The notes under the pieces were generated by a model, which was not told the DNA's origin, did no database searches, and worked only from the letters and a program-made list of their open reading frames with translations. A stretch of DNA of 64,000 nucleotides from Clostridiales bacterium (GTDB lineage: Bacteria; Bacillota; Clostridia; Lachnospirales; Lachnospiraceae). Both the position numbers and the translations under genes were made by a program. Below are positions 1 to 9,865 of this stretch, piece after piece (the stretch's first letter is position 1; each line of letters starts with the position of its first letter). The stretch lies in NCBI GenBank assembly GCA_020860565.1, contig JAJBUA010000028.1:21566-85565 (forward strand), given 5' to 3'.

Positions 1-1574
1 TGATTACCGGTCATCACCACGCAGTCATCTCTCCGATCAATTCTGACCTGATATTCTTCCTCTCCGGTAAGCTCAGAACTCTGACGGCCGCCGCTTCTCA
101 GGCTGCGCGTAATCGGCAGTACAGAATACGCCGGATTCAGGCGAACCTCATACGACCGGTTATACGGATTGCGGATATTAATATAGGTCGTGTCTGTCAC
201 ATAATCATCCGTACTGTCAAGAATGGTCGCGTAGGCAAAAAAGGGTTCTGTAAATCGCGTCGCCGTCCCCAGCAGATACAGCGTTACCGTAAAAACCGCT
301 GCCAGAATAATGGCTCCTCTGCGATAAAAAATCTGCAGTTCACGATTTTTCAGATACAGGTAAAGCGCCGGTCCCATCAGAAATAAATACAGTAAGATCA
401 AAGCTGTATAAAGAGACAGGTTCGGAAGCTTTTCCACATTTCCGGTATTTACCAGATTCTGTACTGACGTAAAGTACTCCGAATTTCCACTATATACAAC
501 CTCTGCCAGTTCCCGGATTCGATCCTCTCCCAGCAGGCTGGTCAGGAAAAAATCCATATAAGAGGTTTCTTTTTCACAAAACTGCGCAATATCTGACAAA
601 TCAAAAGCAGTCACGCCAATCAGGCCTCTCTCTTTGGCCGCAACCGCAAGTAATCCCAGATCATCACTGGATATTACAATATTTCCGCCATGGAGAGAAA
701 TATCGACACAGGTGATTGCCAGCATCCCTGCGCCTTCTTCTTCCAGTCCGTAGCTTTCTCCCAGATCGACATGGTATAACGACGGCGAATCATAAGATTC
801 ATCCAGAAGCTCCGGCGCAAATCGCCCCAGCGTATCGTCAACCCTCTCTCCCGTTCCCAGCAAAAGGACTCCGCCGTCATGAACCCAGTCCATAATCGCG
901 GATGTCTGCATTTCACTCAGATCTCTCAGCCGGTAATTATTGACAACCAGAACATCCAGCAGATCCAGACCGATCGCATCATCAGAAATATCGGTTTCTT
1001 CCAGATCAAATGTCCGCGTCCGCATGGAACCATAATTGATTCCCACACCATCCAGAAATTTCAGTTCCTGCGGCTCGTCCGACAAAATACCGATAAAAAG
1101 CTCCGGTACATCCCAACTGACATTCAGCTTTACCTGCTCGTCTGCCAGAACTTCACCGCTGTCTCCGGTCAGCCGGACATACAGTCTCGTCGCCCGTGTC
1201 CCCAGAGGAATATACTCCCGAAGCACACTTTCACACGCCGCGTCGATCATCGCCGGAAAATCATACTCATAAATCATGCCGTCGGATTCCATCGATTTGA
1301 TCTGCAGCGTCCCGGTAATTTCCTGATCCTGACTGTTCGTCACGGTGATATCAACCGGGAGATAACGCCCGCCCTTTGCGGAATTCTCATACCCATACTG
1401 AACCTGTATCGTCACAGGAAGAGTCTGATCTTCCGCGGCCCATGCCTGCGGACTTCGTCCGCCAAAGCCCAGTACACTTAAAATCAGAACCAATATCAAA
1501 ACAACCGCCAGCCTTAACCTGCGGTTATTTTGATGCACATATATTTCGCACTCCCGAAAGCCTGTATTTCTCAT
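1..1574 (-). CDS. Hypothetical secreted/membrane protein, C-terminus outside window
   Basis: The minus-strand frame is open from the ATG at 1574 to the window edge (524 codons). It is absent from the ORF track because no stop lies in the window. The ATG overlaps the kinase stop as ATGA. The N-terminus MRNTGFRECEIYVHQNNRRLRLAVVLILVLILSVLGFGGRSPQAWA looks like a signal peptide. A later hydrophobic run, LYTALILLYLFLMGPALYLYL, suggests a membrane span. No family recognised. Confidence 0.7.
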   Translation of the reverse strand, partial: MRNTGFRECEIYVHQNNRRLRLAVVLILVLILSVLGFGGRSPQAWAAEDQTLPVTIQVQYGYENSAKGGRYLPVDITVTNSQDQEITGTLQIKSMESDGMIYEYDFPAMIDAACESVLREYIPLGTRATRLYVRLTGDSGEVLADEQVKLNVSWDVPELFIGILSDEPQELKFLDGVGINYGSMRTRTFDLEETDISDDAIGLDLLDVLVVNNYRLRDLSEMQTSAIMDWVHDGGVLLLGTGERVDDTLGRFAPELLDESYDSPSLYHVDLGESYGLEEEGAGMLAITCVDISLHGGNIVISSDDLGLLAVAAKERGLIGVTAFDLSDIAQFCEKETSYMDFFLTSLLGEDRIRELAEVVYSGNSEYFTSVQNLVNTGNVEKLPNLSLYTALILLYLFLMGPALYLYLKNRELQIFYRRGAIILAAVFTVTLYLLGTATRFTEPFFAYATILDSTDDYVTDTTYINIRNPYNRSYEVRLNPAYSVLPITRSLRSGGRQSSELTGEEEYQVRIDRRDDCVVMTGN

Positions 1575-2779
1575 CCCGGTTCTCCAAAATGTTCCCTGTT
1601 AATATCAAAATTAACCTGAAGTGTCACAGTAAATACCGTTCCATTCAGATCGCTCTTTACCGTGATCTTTCCGCCATGCATATCTACGATATTTTTTACA
1701 ATGGCAAGCCCCAGTCCCGTACCGCCGGTCGTTGTCGAGCGGGACTGTTCTACCCGATAAAATTTTTCAAACAGCAGCGGCAGCTCTTCCTGCGGAATAA
1801 CATAACCATAATTCGCCACTGCCACCTGCACCGTATCCTCCTCTGCATGTACCTTTACAAGAATCCGTTTTCCTTCCGCTCCATATTTAATCGCATTGGT
1901 AATCAGATTATCAAACAGTCTCGCCAGAAGATTTCCATCCGCCGTAATCACCTTTGCCGGTACATTACTCTGCAGTTCATACGACAGACCCCTCTTTTCA
2001 AAATTCGGATAGGCTTCCTCCAGAAGCTGGCTCAGCAGCTTGATAATATCGACTCTGGAAATATGCATGGATATCTTCCCGTAATTCAGTTTCGTAAAAC
2101 CAAATAAATCCTCGATCAGCTTTTCCAGTCTTTTTGCTTTACTATACGCGATATCCAGATATTTTTTCTGAATCTCCGGCGTAAGCTGCGCCTTCTGTCC
2201 GGAAAGGATCTCCAGATATCCGATAATCGAGGTCAACGGCGTTCTCAGATCATGAGCAACATTCGTGATCAGCTCATTTTTTGTCCGTTCCGCCTCACGC
2301 TCTTTATCCATCAGCCGGCGAATCTCTTCTACCATTTTATTCAGATTTTCTGCCATCGCCGAAAACTCATCGTCGCCGATCACCTCAATGCTGGTATTCA
2401 GATCCCCCTCGGAAATATTGCGGACCGCGTCCGAAATTCTGCTGATATACGAAATTGACCGCTCCTGTAACAGCAGAAATGAAACCGCAAATACCGCAAT
2501 CCCCAGCAGCACATACCCCAGAACAATCACCACATCCGAGCTGCTGATCATGCTAAGCAGAGCGTTTTCCCATTGAGCTTTCTCTGCATAATCAGCCAGA
2601 AACGTCAGGTTCATCACCAGGACAATCTCCATCGCAACCGTTACCAGCGTACTGTATAAGATATTTGCAAAGACTCTCGTCCGAAACTGTCTTCTCAGAT
2701 CGCCTTTGCTTTTTTTCTTACTTTTCAATTTTGTATCCAACTCCCCACACTGTCGTGATGATCTTATCCTGGCGTTCAT
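1571..2779 (-). CDS. Sensor histidine kinase (HisKA + HATPase_c)
   Basis: H-box VAHDLRTPLTSIIGY, N-box LITNAIKYG, G-box GTGLGLAIVKNIV. Two TM segments with a short loop, then a HAMP-like linker. The ATG at 2779 overlaps the regulator gene by 62 nt; an in-frame TTG at 2728 is an alternative start. Confidence 0.9.
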   Translation of the reverse strand: MNARIRSSRQCGELDTKLKSKKKSKGDLRRQFRTRVFANILYSTLVTVAMEIVLVMNLTFLADYAEKAQWENALLSMISSSDVVIVLGYVLLGIAVFAVSFLLLQERSISYISRISDAVRNISEGDLNTSIEVIGDDEFSAMAENLNKMVEEIRRLMDKEREAERTKNELITNVAHDLRTPLTSIIGYLEILSGQKAQLTPEIQKKYLDIAYSKAKRLEKLIEDLFGFTKLNYGKISMHISRVDIIKLLSQLLEEAYPNFEKRGLSYELQSNVPAKVITADGNLLARLFDNLITNAIKYGAEGKRILVKVHAEEDTVQVAVANYGYVIPQEELPLLFEKFYRVEQSRSTTTGGTGLGLAIVKNIVDMHGGKITVKSDLNGTVFTVTLQVNFDINREHFGEPG

Positions 2780-3422
2780 CCTCTTTCATTTTGCCGCGCA
2801 GACGGCGAATATGTACCATTACCGTGTTGTTCGCCTCGTAAACCTTTTCATTCCAGACCTTTTCAAAAATTTCATCGGTACTGAATACCTTTCCCGGATT
2901 CGAAGCCAGCAGATATAAAATATCAAACTCAATCGGCGTCAGTTTTACTTCCTCATCATAAATCGTCACTTTATGATTATCTTTGTTGATAGTGAGTCCG
3001 CGAAGACTGATCTCGTTTTTTGCATTTTCATGGACACCGCTGTTTGGATTCAATTGCGTATAACGCCGCAGCTGTGATTTGACTCTCGCAGAAAGCTCCA
3101 GCGGGTTAAACGGCTTTGCCACATAATCATCCGCTCCTGTTCCGAGGCCCAGTATTTTATCGAGGTCTGTGGATTTTGCGCTTAACATGATAATCGGAAT
3201 ATTATTGACTTCACGGATTTTCTTGCACATTTCCAGCCCGCTCATCCCCGGCATCATAATATCCAGAATTGCCATCTGGATATCCTCTTTTTCCAGGATT
3301 TCCAGACCTTCCTGCGCATTGGTCGCCTTAAATACTTTATATCCATCGCTTACCAGATAAATTTCAACCAGATCGGCGATCTCCTGCTCATCATCGACTA
3401 CTAAAATGCTTGTCTCTGCCAT
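2718..3422 (-). CDS. OmpR-family response regulator
   Basis: Receiver motifs ILVVDDE, ILDIMMPGMSG and IIMLSAKS. C-terminal winged helix ending VWGVGYKIEK. Confidence 0.95.
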   Translation of the reverse strand: MAETSILVVDDEQEIADLVEIYLVSDGYKVFKATNAQEGLEILEKEDIQMAILDIMMPGMSGLEMCKKIREVNNIPIIMLSAKSTDLDKILGLGTGADDYVAKPFNPLELSARVKSQLRRYTQLNPNSGVHENAKNEISLRGLTINKDNHKVTIYDEEVKLTPIEFDILYLLASNPGKVFSTDEIFEKVWNEKVYEANNTVMVHIRRLRGKMKEDERQDKIITTVWGVGYKIEK

Positions 3423-3667
3423 AACAATTCCCTCCTGTTTCTTAAAATATTACTTTTAAAAACCACTCAGGCAAAACCGGTTTCCCGACCTGCGGTTATA
3501 AACTGTTGTATGAGATAAAGTGTAACATAAATCGTCAAAACTTGCCTTAATTTTTTATTACAAATCGGGTAACTTATGGAAAAGATTATGGTACAATGGA
3601 TATCGGTTATGAACGAGGTTGACGAACGTCATAACAATACAACGTCAAAAGGAGGCCGTTCTATTCT

Positions 3668-3934
3668 ATGTTTCGAATGTGGGGAAAATTATGGAAAAAT
3701 AATCGCATGATAAAAGATACCGTGATCTCAGTCGCTGACTACAGCCTGTCCCGCACTGCCATGGTATTTCAGTCGCTGGATGAGATCTGTTACGAATTTG
3801 ACCTCGAAAAGCCGATCTGGCTTGATTCCAATATTAAAGAATTTCAGAGAATTGACCGCACACGTTTTCGTCAGGACAGCTTTATTGAACAGATTCCCTT
3901 CGATTATCTGGAAATCCATGTGATCGAAGAATAA
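3668..3934 (+). CDS. Small conserved-looking hypothetical protein (88 aa)
   Basis: Clean ORF with AAGGAGG upstream and a balanced amino-acid composition (ends FDYLEIHVIEE). No family recognised. The start among M1/M4/M14 is uncertain. Confidence 0.55.
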   Translation: MFRMWGKLWKNNRMIKDTVISVADYSLSRTAMVFQSLDEICYEFDLEKPIWLDSNIKEFQRIDRTRFRQDSFIEQIPFDYLEIHVIEE

Positions 3935-4087
3935 TCCTGCAACTCCTGCCCGCATTCATGAGCAATCTCAATCACAGAAGTGACGAAATCGAAATTGCTC
4001 ATGAAGCAGACATTCCCTGCTCGATCGTGTGTATAATCCGATACGGATCGTGAACAGCAACTATTTTCGTCGTTCTCGATCACCGTA

Positions 4088-5005
4088 CTACGTCAGATAA
4101 TGTCGTAAAATATCTCCAATCACTCTGGCTTCTTCCGGGTTAAGCTCTTTCAGCCAGTTCCGTTCTTCTCCCGGCTCAGGCAAATCCTCCGGAGATACCG
4201 AAGCCGCTGTCAGACTTTTTACCATTTCGGCAGACTCCCGGCGTTTTTCCCGCGAAGTCTGCCGCTTCCCGCCAGACTCTGCAGCCGTCTGCACCGACTC
4301 CTGTTCACGAGACGTCCTCCGCAGCGAAGCTCTCCGGTTCTCCGGCTGCTCTTCCTCCCTGACGTACTTACGGTCTTCCGCCCCTGTCGCACTTTCCTCT
4401 TCTGCCAGCCGCCTTCGTTCAAAAAAGCCAAAGCGTCCCCCGCTTTTATCGTGCTCCGGCCGTTCCTTTTCTCCATGATCCGCACGTTCTGATAAACGCC
4501 CCATTCGGGGAAACATTGTATTTTCCAGATAATCCTGCAGCGACGCGATCAGCTGCTCTCTGCGGCTGCCTGCCACATTTCCGTCAAAAAGCATCATCAC
4601 CATCGCCATCAGTACAGCACCCCCGCCATACATCACGATATAGTATGTATCCAGCCGATACCAGTAGGAAAAGAATGCACCGGCTCCGCCTGCAATCAGA
4701 CACAGCCAGGTCAACTGTGTACTTAAACCGCTCCAGCCAGACAGACTAAGTCCACGGAAACGCAGTTCTCCCAGCTGACGCTCCAGCCAGCTCCCTGTGT
4801 CATGCATTCCCTGGTTCATATGATAGGCGGTTTCCGCCCGTTCCCGAAGTTCCCTCAGTCCTTTGTTTTTTGCTGCTGCCAGATTGGTACTCTCTCGAAT
4901 CAGTCTTTTGTAAAGGTTTCTGGTCTGCAGTCTTGCAAGCAGTCCAAGAATGCAGATTCCCACCAGCACATACAGTGCCCGTCCTGTTTCCAGTAGTGTT
5001 AACAT
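4088..5005 (-). CDS. Hypothetical membrane protein with highly charged C-terminal half
   Basis: N-terminal TM (ALYVLVGICILGLLA), two central TMs, then an Arg/Glu/Ser-rich tail. RBS-like AAAGGGGA upstream. No family recognised. Confidence 0.6.
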   Translation of the reverse strand: MLTLLETGRALYVLVGICILGLLARLQTRNLYKRLIRESTNLAAAKNKGLRELRERAETAYHMNQGMHDTGSWLERQLGELRFRGLSLSGWSGLSTQLTWLCLIAGGAGAFFSYWYRLDTYYIVMYGGGAVLMAMVMMLFDGNVAGSRREQLIASLQDYLENTMFPRMGRLSERADHGEKERPEHDKSGGRFGFFERRRLAEEESATGAEDRKYVREEEQPENRRASLRRTSREQESVQTAAESGGKRQTSREKRRESAEMVKSLTAASVSPEDLPEPGEERNWLKELNPEEARVIGDILRHYLT

Positions 5006-5210
5006 AAAAACAGTTCCCCTTTCTTTCCTGATTTTTCAGACAAGTACCATTATAACGGTTCCCGGTCATTTTGGAAAGTTCAGGGAGACGGGAATCGGTC
5101 GTCAAATATTGACAGTTTTCGCCTTCAGATTTCTTCTGAAGCCGGCTCCCTGTTTTTATCAGCATTCCGGTTGCTTTTCTATCCGGAGATCAGCCGGCAA
5201 ATACCGGTAG

Positions 5211-5906
5211 TCAGCCTACCGTCCGAATCAGTTCCCGCGTCAGGTTTACACTGTGGACAATTGCCTGCCGCTCAAATTCCCTGTAATCCATCTGTGCGCT
5301 GTCATCTGCCTTATCTGAAATTGCCCGCACGATCAGAAACGGGATCCCGTTCCGGTAAGCCGTCTGTGCGACCGCGCCTCCTTCCATCTCCGTACAGCAC
5401 CCATCAAACGTCTCAATCAGCCATTCTTTTTTGGTATGATCAGAGACGAACTGATCTCCTGTCATAATCCTTCCTTCATAAACGCTGACGTCTGGATTAA
5501 CCTTTGCGCAGCATTTTTTCGCCGCTTTGCGGAGTTTTTCATCTGCAGCAAACGCAAAGACATCGATCTGAGGGATCTGTCCGATCGGATAATCAAAGAT
5601 CCGGCAATCCATATCGTACTGCACGGCATCCGTAGACAACACCAGATCTCCGATATTGATTTCCGCACGCAGGGAACCGGCGATGCCTGTATTGACAATC
5701 CCGTCTACATGGTAACAATCCGCCAGAATCTGTGCGCAGATAGCCGCATTCACCTTGCCAATGCCGGATTGAACCACCACGGTATCCCTGCTGTCTATTT
5801 TACCTCTGTAAAATTCCATTCCTGCCACATTTCTGATCTCAGGCAGTTCCATCTCTGCTTTCAGCTGTTGTACCTCTTCTGCCATTGCTCCGATAATTCC
5901 TAACAT
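5211..5906 (-). CDS. mtnN: 5'-methylthioadenosine/S-adenosylhomocysteine nucleosidase
   Basis: MLGIIGAMAEEV start, then GIGKVNAA, TEMEGGAVAQ and LIVRAISDKADD motifs. Length 231 aa is typical. Confidence 0.9.
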   Translation of the reverse strand: MLGIIGAMAEEVQQLKAEMELPEIRNVAGMEFYRGKIDSRDTVVVQSGIGKVNAAICAQILADCYHVDGIVNTGIAGSLRAEINIGDLVLSTDAVQYDMDCRIFDYPIGQIPQIDVFAFAADEKLRKAAKKCCAKVNPDVSVYEGRIMTGDQFVSDHTKKEWLIETFDGCCTEMEGGAVAQTAYRNGIPFLIVRAISDKADDSAQMDYREFERQAIVHSVNLTRELIRTVG

Positions 5907-6057
5907 TTTATCCTCCCAGATGCTGCTTTTTCTGATTTCTTAGTTGACTTTTTATCCGGTATGGGTACTATAATGATAGACAGCGGCTTCTGATTTTCTT
6001 TATGAAACCGCATACCGCATTTCATTTCCTGTAAGTATAACCACCGGAGGTTTCTTT

Positions 6058-7140
6058 ATGAAAAAAATTGTTTTAACCGGCGGCGGAACAGCCGGTCATG
6101 TTACTCCAAATCTTGCTCTTCTTCCCAATCTTTTGCAAAAAGGCTATGAAGTTCACTATATTGGTTCCTATAACGGTATTGAAAAAAAACTGGTCGAAGA
6201 CATCGGACTATCGTATGACGGCATTTCCTCCGGGAAACTCCGTCGTTATTTCGATCTCAAAAATTTCTCCGATCCTTTCCGTGTTATCAAAGGCTATTGG
6301 GAAGCGCTTCATCTGCTCAAAAAATACCGCCCCGACGTCATCTTTTCCAAGGGCGGCTTTGTCGCTGTTCCCGTAGTCCTTGCCGCAAAACATTATAAAA
6401 TCCCAACCATTATCCATGAATCGGACATGACGCCGGGTCTCGCGAACCGGATCTGCATCCCCTCCGCCGCGAAAGTCTGCTGCAACTTTCCTGAAACGCT
6501 GGAATATCTCCCTAAAGAGAAAGCCGTACTGACCGGATCTCCCATCCGCAGAGAACTGCTTGAGGGCGACCGTTTCACCGGCCTGCAGTATACCGGACTC
6601 TCTGCCACAAAACCCATCATCCTGGTGATCGGAGGCAGTCTTGGAGCGGTTGCCGTCAACATGGCCATCCGTTCTCTTCTGCCAAAGCTTCTGCAAAACT
6701 ATCAGGTGATACATATCTGCGGCAAAGGCCATCTTGACGAATCCCTGATCAGTCAAAGCGGATATGTCCAATACGAATACGTGATGGCTCCGCTTCGCCA
6801 TTTATTTGCCGCCGCCGATATCATCGTATCCCGCGCCGGAGCGAATTCCATCTGCGAAATTCTCGCCCTTCGCAAACCAAATGTCCTGATCCCTCTCTCC
6901 GCAGCGGCAAGCAGAGGCGATCAGCTGCTAAACGCCCATTCCTTTGAACGTCAGGGATACTCCTGCGTTCTTGAAGAAGAGGATGTCACCGACGAAACTC
7001 TCCTCACTGCCATTAATTCTACCTATGAAAACCGGCAGAAATATATTCAGGCTATGAACCAAAGTTCGCAAAATGACGCCATCGGAACTATCATGGATCT
7101 GATCGCCTCTTTCGCTGAAAAGCCGGAAGAGACGCAATAG
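6058..7140 (+). CDS. murG: Undecaprenyldiphospho-muramoylpentapeptide beta-N-acetylglucosaminyltransferase
   Basis: N-terminal LTGGGTAGHVTP glycine loop, GGSLGA motif, 360 aa GT28 layout. Confidence 0.9.
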   Translation: MKKIVLTGGGTAGHVTPNLALLPNLLQKGYEVHYIGSYNGIEKKLVEDIGLSYDGISSGKLRRYFDLKNFSDPFRVIKGYWEALHLLKKYRPDVIFSKGGFVAVPVVLAAKHYKIPTIIHESDMTPGLANRICIPSAAKVCCNFPETLEYLPKEKAVLTGSPIRRELLEGDRFTGLQYTGLSATKPIILVIGGSLGAVAVNMAIRSLLPKLLQNYQVIHICGKGHLDESLISQSGYVQYEYVMAPLRHLFAAADIIVSRAGANSICEILALRKPNVLIPLSAAASRGDQLLNAHSFERQGYSCVLEEEDVTDETLLTAINSTYENRQKYIQAMNQSSQNDAIGTIMDLIASFAEKPEETQ

Positions 7141-7717
7141 CAGAATCCGTCAGCCGGACAGGATGGACCTTTCTCTTCCTGTCCGGCCGTTTCCTGTCAT
7201 GATCCTTCATATACGCGGCAAGATATTTTTTGCCGCGGGAATGCCGCATTCGGCACGCAGCTTCCGATATCCCCAGCTGACTGCTGATTTCTCTCATGGA
7301 CTTCCCCTGAAACTCATATGAGACATACACCTGCCTCCAGTCTTCTCTCATACTTTTCAGGACTTCACGGAAATCTTCTAAAAGCATCCTTTCCAGCACA
7401 ACATCCAGAGTATCCCTCGCTCTCAGCCGGTCATTCTCTACCAGCAGCATCTCCAGATCTCCCAAACCACGGAAATCAACAATCTGATTCCCTTTCTTTT
7501 TCAGGTAATCAATACATCGATTTTTCATGATTTTCGCCAATATTGCCTTTATATGAGAATCGGGCCATGTCAGCGGATAATGTGCATAATAAGACAAATA
7601 ACATTCCTGTACAGCATCTTCAATCTCATCATAAGGAAGTCCGCAGCGTCCGCCAATCGTCCGAAGCATGGGCATATATTCCTTATAAAGATACCGAAAT
7701 CTTTCCTCTGTATCCAT
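7091..7717 (-). CDS. RNA polymerase sigma-70 family factor (ECF-like)
   Basis: Region 2-like DAVQECYLSYY..RCIDYLKKK. Region 4 HTH is MREISSQLGISEAACRMRHSRGKKYL. The basic C-terminal tail overlaps the murG 3' end by 50 nt. Confidence 0.8.
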   Translation of the reverse strand: MDTEERFRYLYKEYMPMLRTIGGRCGLPYDEIEDAVQECYLSYYAHYPLTWPDSHIKAILAKIMKNRCIDYLKKKGNQIVDFRGLGDLEMLLVENDRLRARDTLDVVLERMLLEDFREVLKSMREDWRQVYVSYEFQGKSMREISSQLGISEAACRMRHSRGKKYLAAYMKDHDRKRPDRKRKVHPVRLTDSAIASLPAFQRKRRSDP

Positions 7718-7732
7718 ACGTCACGCTGTATA

Positions 7733-8158
7733 TTAGTCCTCTGTAATTGCCGAATGAATGAGCGCGGCCGTCTCTGCCAGCTCCTCCGGAGCGGATTTAC
7801 CCGGCTTCCATGCTACCATTTCCGGTCCTCCCTCATATCTGGGGATAATATGGACGTGCAGATGAAAAACCGTCTGCCCCGCGCATGTCCCGTTGTTCTG
7901 AACGACATTAAAACCGGCCGCCCCGAGACCTTTTTTCATGCCCTTTCCGATTTTTGAAGCTAACGGAAACAGTTTCCCCGCTGTCTCTGCGTCTGCCTCT
8001 GTAATATCCTTAAAATGTGATTTTGGCAAAATCAGCGCATGACCCTTTGACGCCGGCCCCATATCGAGTATTACCCGAAATTCCTCATCCTCATATACGG
8101 TTGCAGACGGGATTTCTCCATTGGCAATTTTACAAAATATACAATTCTGATCGTTCAT
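7733..8158 (-). CDS. HIT (histidine triad) family protein
   Basis: Histidine triad HLHVHIIP and N-terminal CIFCKI zinc-binding-like motif; 141 aa. Confidence 0.9.
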   Translation of the reverse strand: MNDQNCIFCKIANGEIPSATVYEDEEFRVILDMGPASKGHALILPKSHFKDITEADAETAGKLFPLASKIGKGMKKGLGAAGFNVVQNNGTCAGQTVFHLHVHIIPRYEGGPEMVAWKPGKSAPEELAETAALIHSAITED

Positions 8159-8190
8159 TGTTTTACTCCATTCTTCATTGTGTTTTTCTT

Positions 8191-8219
8191 AATATACCAT
8201 AGTCTACGAATTTTGTTAA
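8191..8219 (-). promoter_or_regulatory. Sigma-A-like promoter upstream of the HIT gene
   Basis: The minus strand reads TTAACA, a 17-nt spacer, then TGgTATATT (extended -10). It sits about 30 nt upstream of the GGAG RBS and ATG at 8158. Confidence 0.4.
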
Positions 8220-8276
8220 CCATTGACTTTCCGGCATTTTTATTTTTCGCTTCCTGTTTTTCTTTCCTATTCTCAG

Positions 8277-9482
8277 TCATTCAAACCGAAAACGATATCG
8301 GGCAATTCCAATCTCATCTCCTGTCCGTACCTCCTCAACTGCGTTATTTTCCAGTAATTGTCCCCGAAGAGTTGTTCCATTCGTGGAATTCAGATCCTGC
8401 AGCAGATACCGATCATCCCTCCGGTCAATTTTTAAATGCAGTCTACTCACAGTATCATCATCCAGCCGATAATCTACAAGATTTTCCTGCTTTCCGATCA
8501 CAAACGGATAATAGGCGATCGGAATATCCGGTATCCCCGTATCCAGTGCCCGCAAAACCCGGTTGTTCATCTGTTCCCTCACTTCTGCCAAAAGGATGGT
8601 ATCCGACTTTACTTCTGTTTCTGATTTATCCTTAAAATACGGTTCCTCCCGCTCTTCCTGTAAAGATTCCTCCCCTCCCGGCATCAGTTCCTTCCATAAA
8701 TCTTCCTGTTCGGTCTCTTCTGTCCTTTCCGACAACGCTTTTTCCTGCTTTCCGGGAAGCAGTTCCCGCACTCTTCCGATAATCTTATCCCACGCTTTTT
8801 CTCTGCTTTCCCCGAATTCTTTCGCATCTGGTTTCTTTTTGCCTGACATAAATTCATCTGATATCATTTTCTTACCGGTTACTTCGTCTGACATCGCTTT
8901 CTCTGCCGGACTTTCCCTGACAGGAATCTGCTCTGGCATATCTGGCTTTTTATAAACCAGTTTCATGAGATCTTCGATTCCGTAATTTTCTTTTCTGGTT
9001 TCCTGATAAATCCCATATGCCAGCACAACACACTCTCTGTCACGGTGATCCGCACACTCTAATAGCTTTTCCAGCAGTCTCCCCAGATCCTCCGGAAAAT
9101 CCCGTTCCATTCCCGGTATCATACAAAACCATAATTTCCGTGATTCCGGGTCCATATAGATAAAATCCGAATCCAGAAAAATCCGCGACTCTTTCAACAG
9201 ATATTCATCAATCCGTTCCAGTAACCCGCAAATCTGAATCAGCAGATTTCTAAAATCATCTGCACTCCACTTCGGCCCGTTTAACATCCGGGAAAGCGGC
9301 TGTTTCGATGTGATATCATAATAAAACCGGATCCCGTTCTCCATCTGTCGAATGCGGATTTTCAACAATCCATCCACCGTATTGGACGCTACCATACGGC
9401 TCTCATAACCTTCCCAGTTCCAGTCCTCAGGATCAATAATCATATAATTCCGCTTCATTTCCCTCTGGTAACTAACCTTCAT
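8277..9482 (-). CDS. FHA domain-containing protein (unknown N-terminal domain)
   Basis: C-terminal FHA signature: GKQENLVDYRLDDDTVSRLHLKI...LQDLNSTNGTTLRG. The first ~300 aa have no recognised motif. The start overlaps the stop of the upstream gene by 4 nt. Confidence 0.85.
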   Translation of the reverse strand: MKVSYQREMKRNYMIIDPEDWNWEGYESRMVASNTVDGLLKIRIRQMENGIRFYYDITSKQPLSRMLNGPKWSADDFRNLLIQICGLLERIDEYLLKESRIFLDSDFIYMDPESRKLWFCMIPGMERDFPEDLGRLLEKLLECADHRDRECVVLAYGIYQETRKENYGIEDLMKLVYKKPDMPEQIPVRESPAEKAMSDEVTGKKMISDEFMSGKKKPDAKEFGESREKAWDKIIGRVRELLPGKQEKALSERTEETEQEDLWKELMPGGEESLQEEREEPYFKDKSETEVKSDTILLAEVREQMNNRVLRALDTGIPDIPIAYYPFVIGKQENLVDYRLDDDTVSRLHLKIDRRDDRYLLQDLNSTNGTTLRGQLLENNAVEEVRTGDEIGIARYRFRFE

Positions 9483-9814
9483 TCAAGCTCCTCCAGCAGA
9501 CTCCACAGCCTCAGCGAATTTTCCGGGCGAAAAACAGGCGCTGTGATCTGGATCTTCCAGTTCATACCTTCCTTCTCACCAGAAATTTCCTCTTCTCCGA
9601 TATTTGCAATCAAATGTCTTTCCCGCTCAATTTCCTCATGCAGTTCAAACTCCCCGACCGTCTCCCCTCGAAGATGAAAAGCCTGCGTGAACAGAAACAT
9701 AAGCGTAAGAAATACCACTGCAAATACGCCGGCTGCTTCCACAGTATAACTTCCCTTCAGCTTTATCAATAACCACTTTTTCAAAATCATCCGTCTCCCA
9801 CACACTTCATCCAT
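9479..9814 (-). CDS. TadE-like pseudopilin candidate
   Basis: Prepilin-like N-terminus KG/SYTVEAAGVFAVVFLTLMFL, with Glu at +5 after Gly. The likely true start is MILKK at 9790. Confidence 0.6.
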   Translation of the reverse strand: MDEVCGRRMILKKWLLIKLKGSYTVEAAGVFAVVFLTLMFLFTQAFHLRGETVGEFELHEEIERERHLIANIGEEEISGEKEGMNWKIQITAPVFRPENSLRLWSLLEELE

Positions 9815-9865
9815 TCTATAATGAACGACAAAATATTTTCTCGTTTATAAAACTCTTCCTTTTTT

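Noticed and set aside
879-2107. Plus-strand ORFs of 200 aa (879-1481), 78 aa and 243 aa (1376-2107).
   Set aside because: They lie antisense to the exported-protein gene and the histidine kinase. Their translations are low-complexity and Arg/Ile/Pro-skewed with no motifs, while the minus-strand frames carry clear signal-peptide and kinase motifs.
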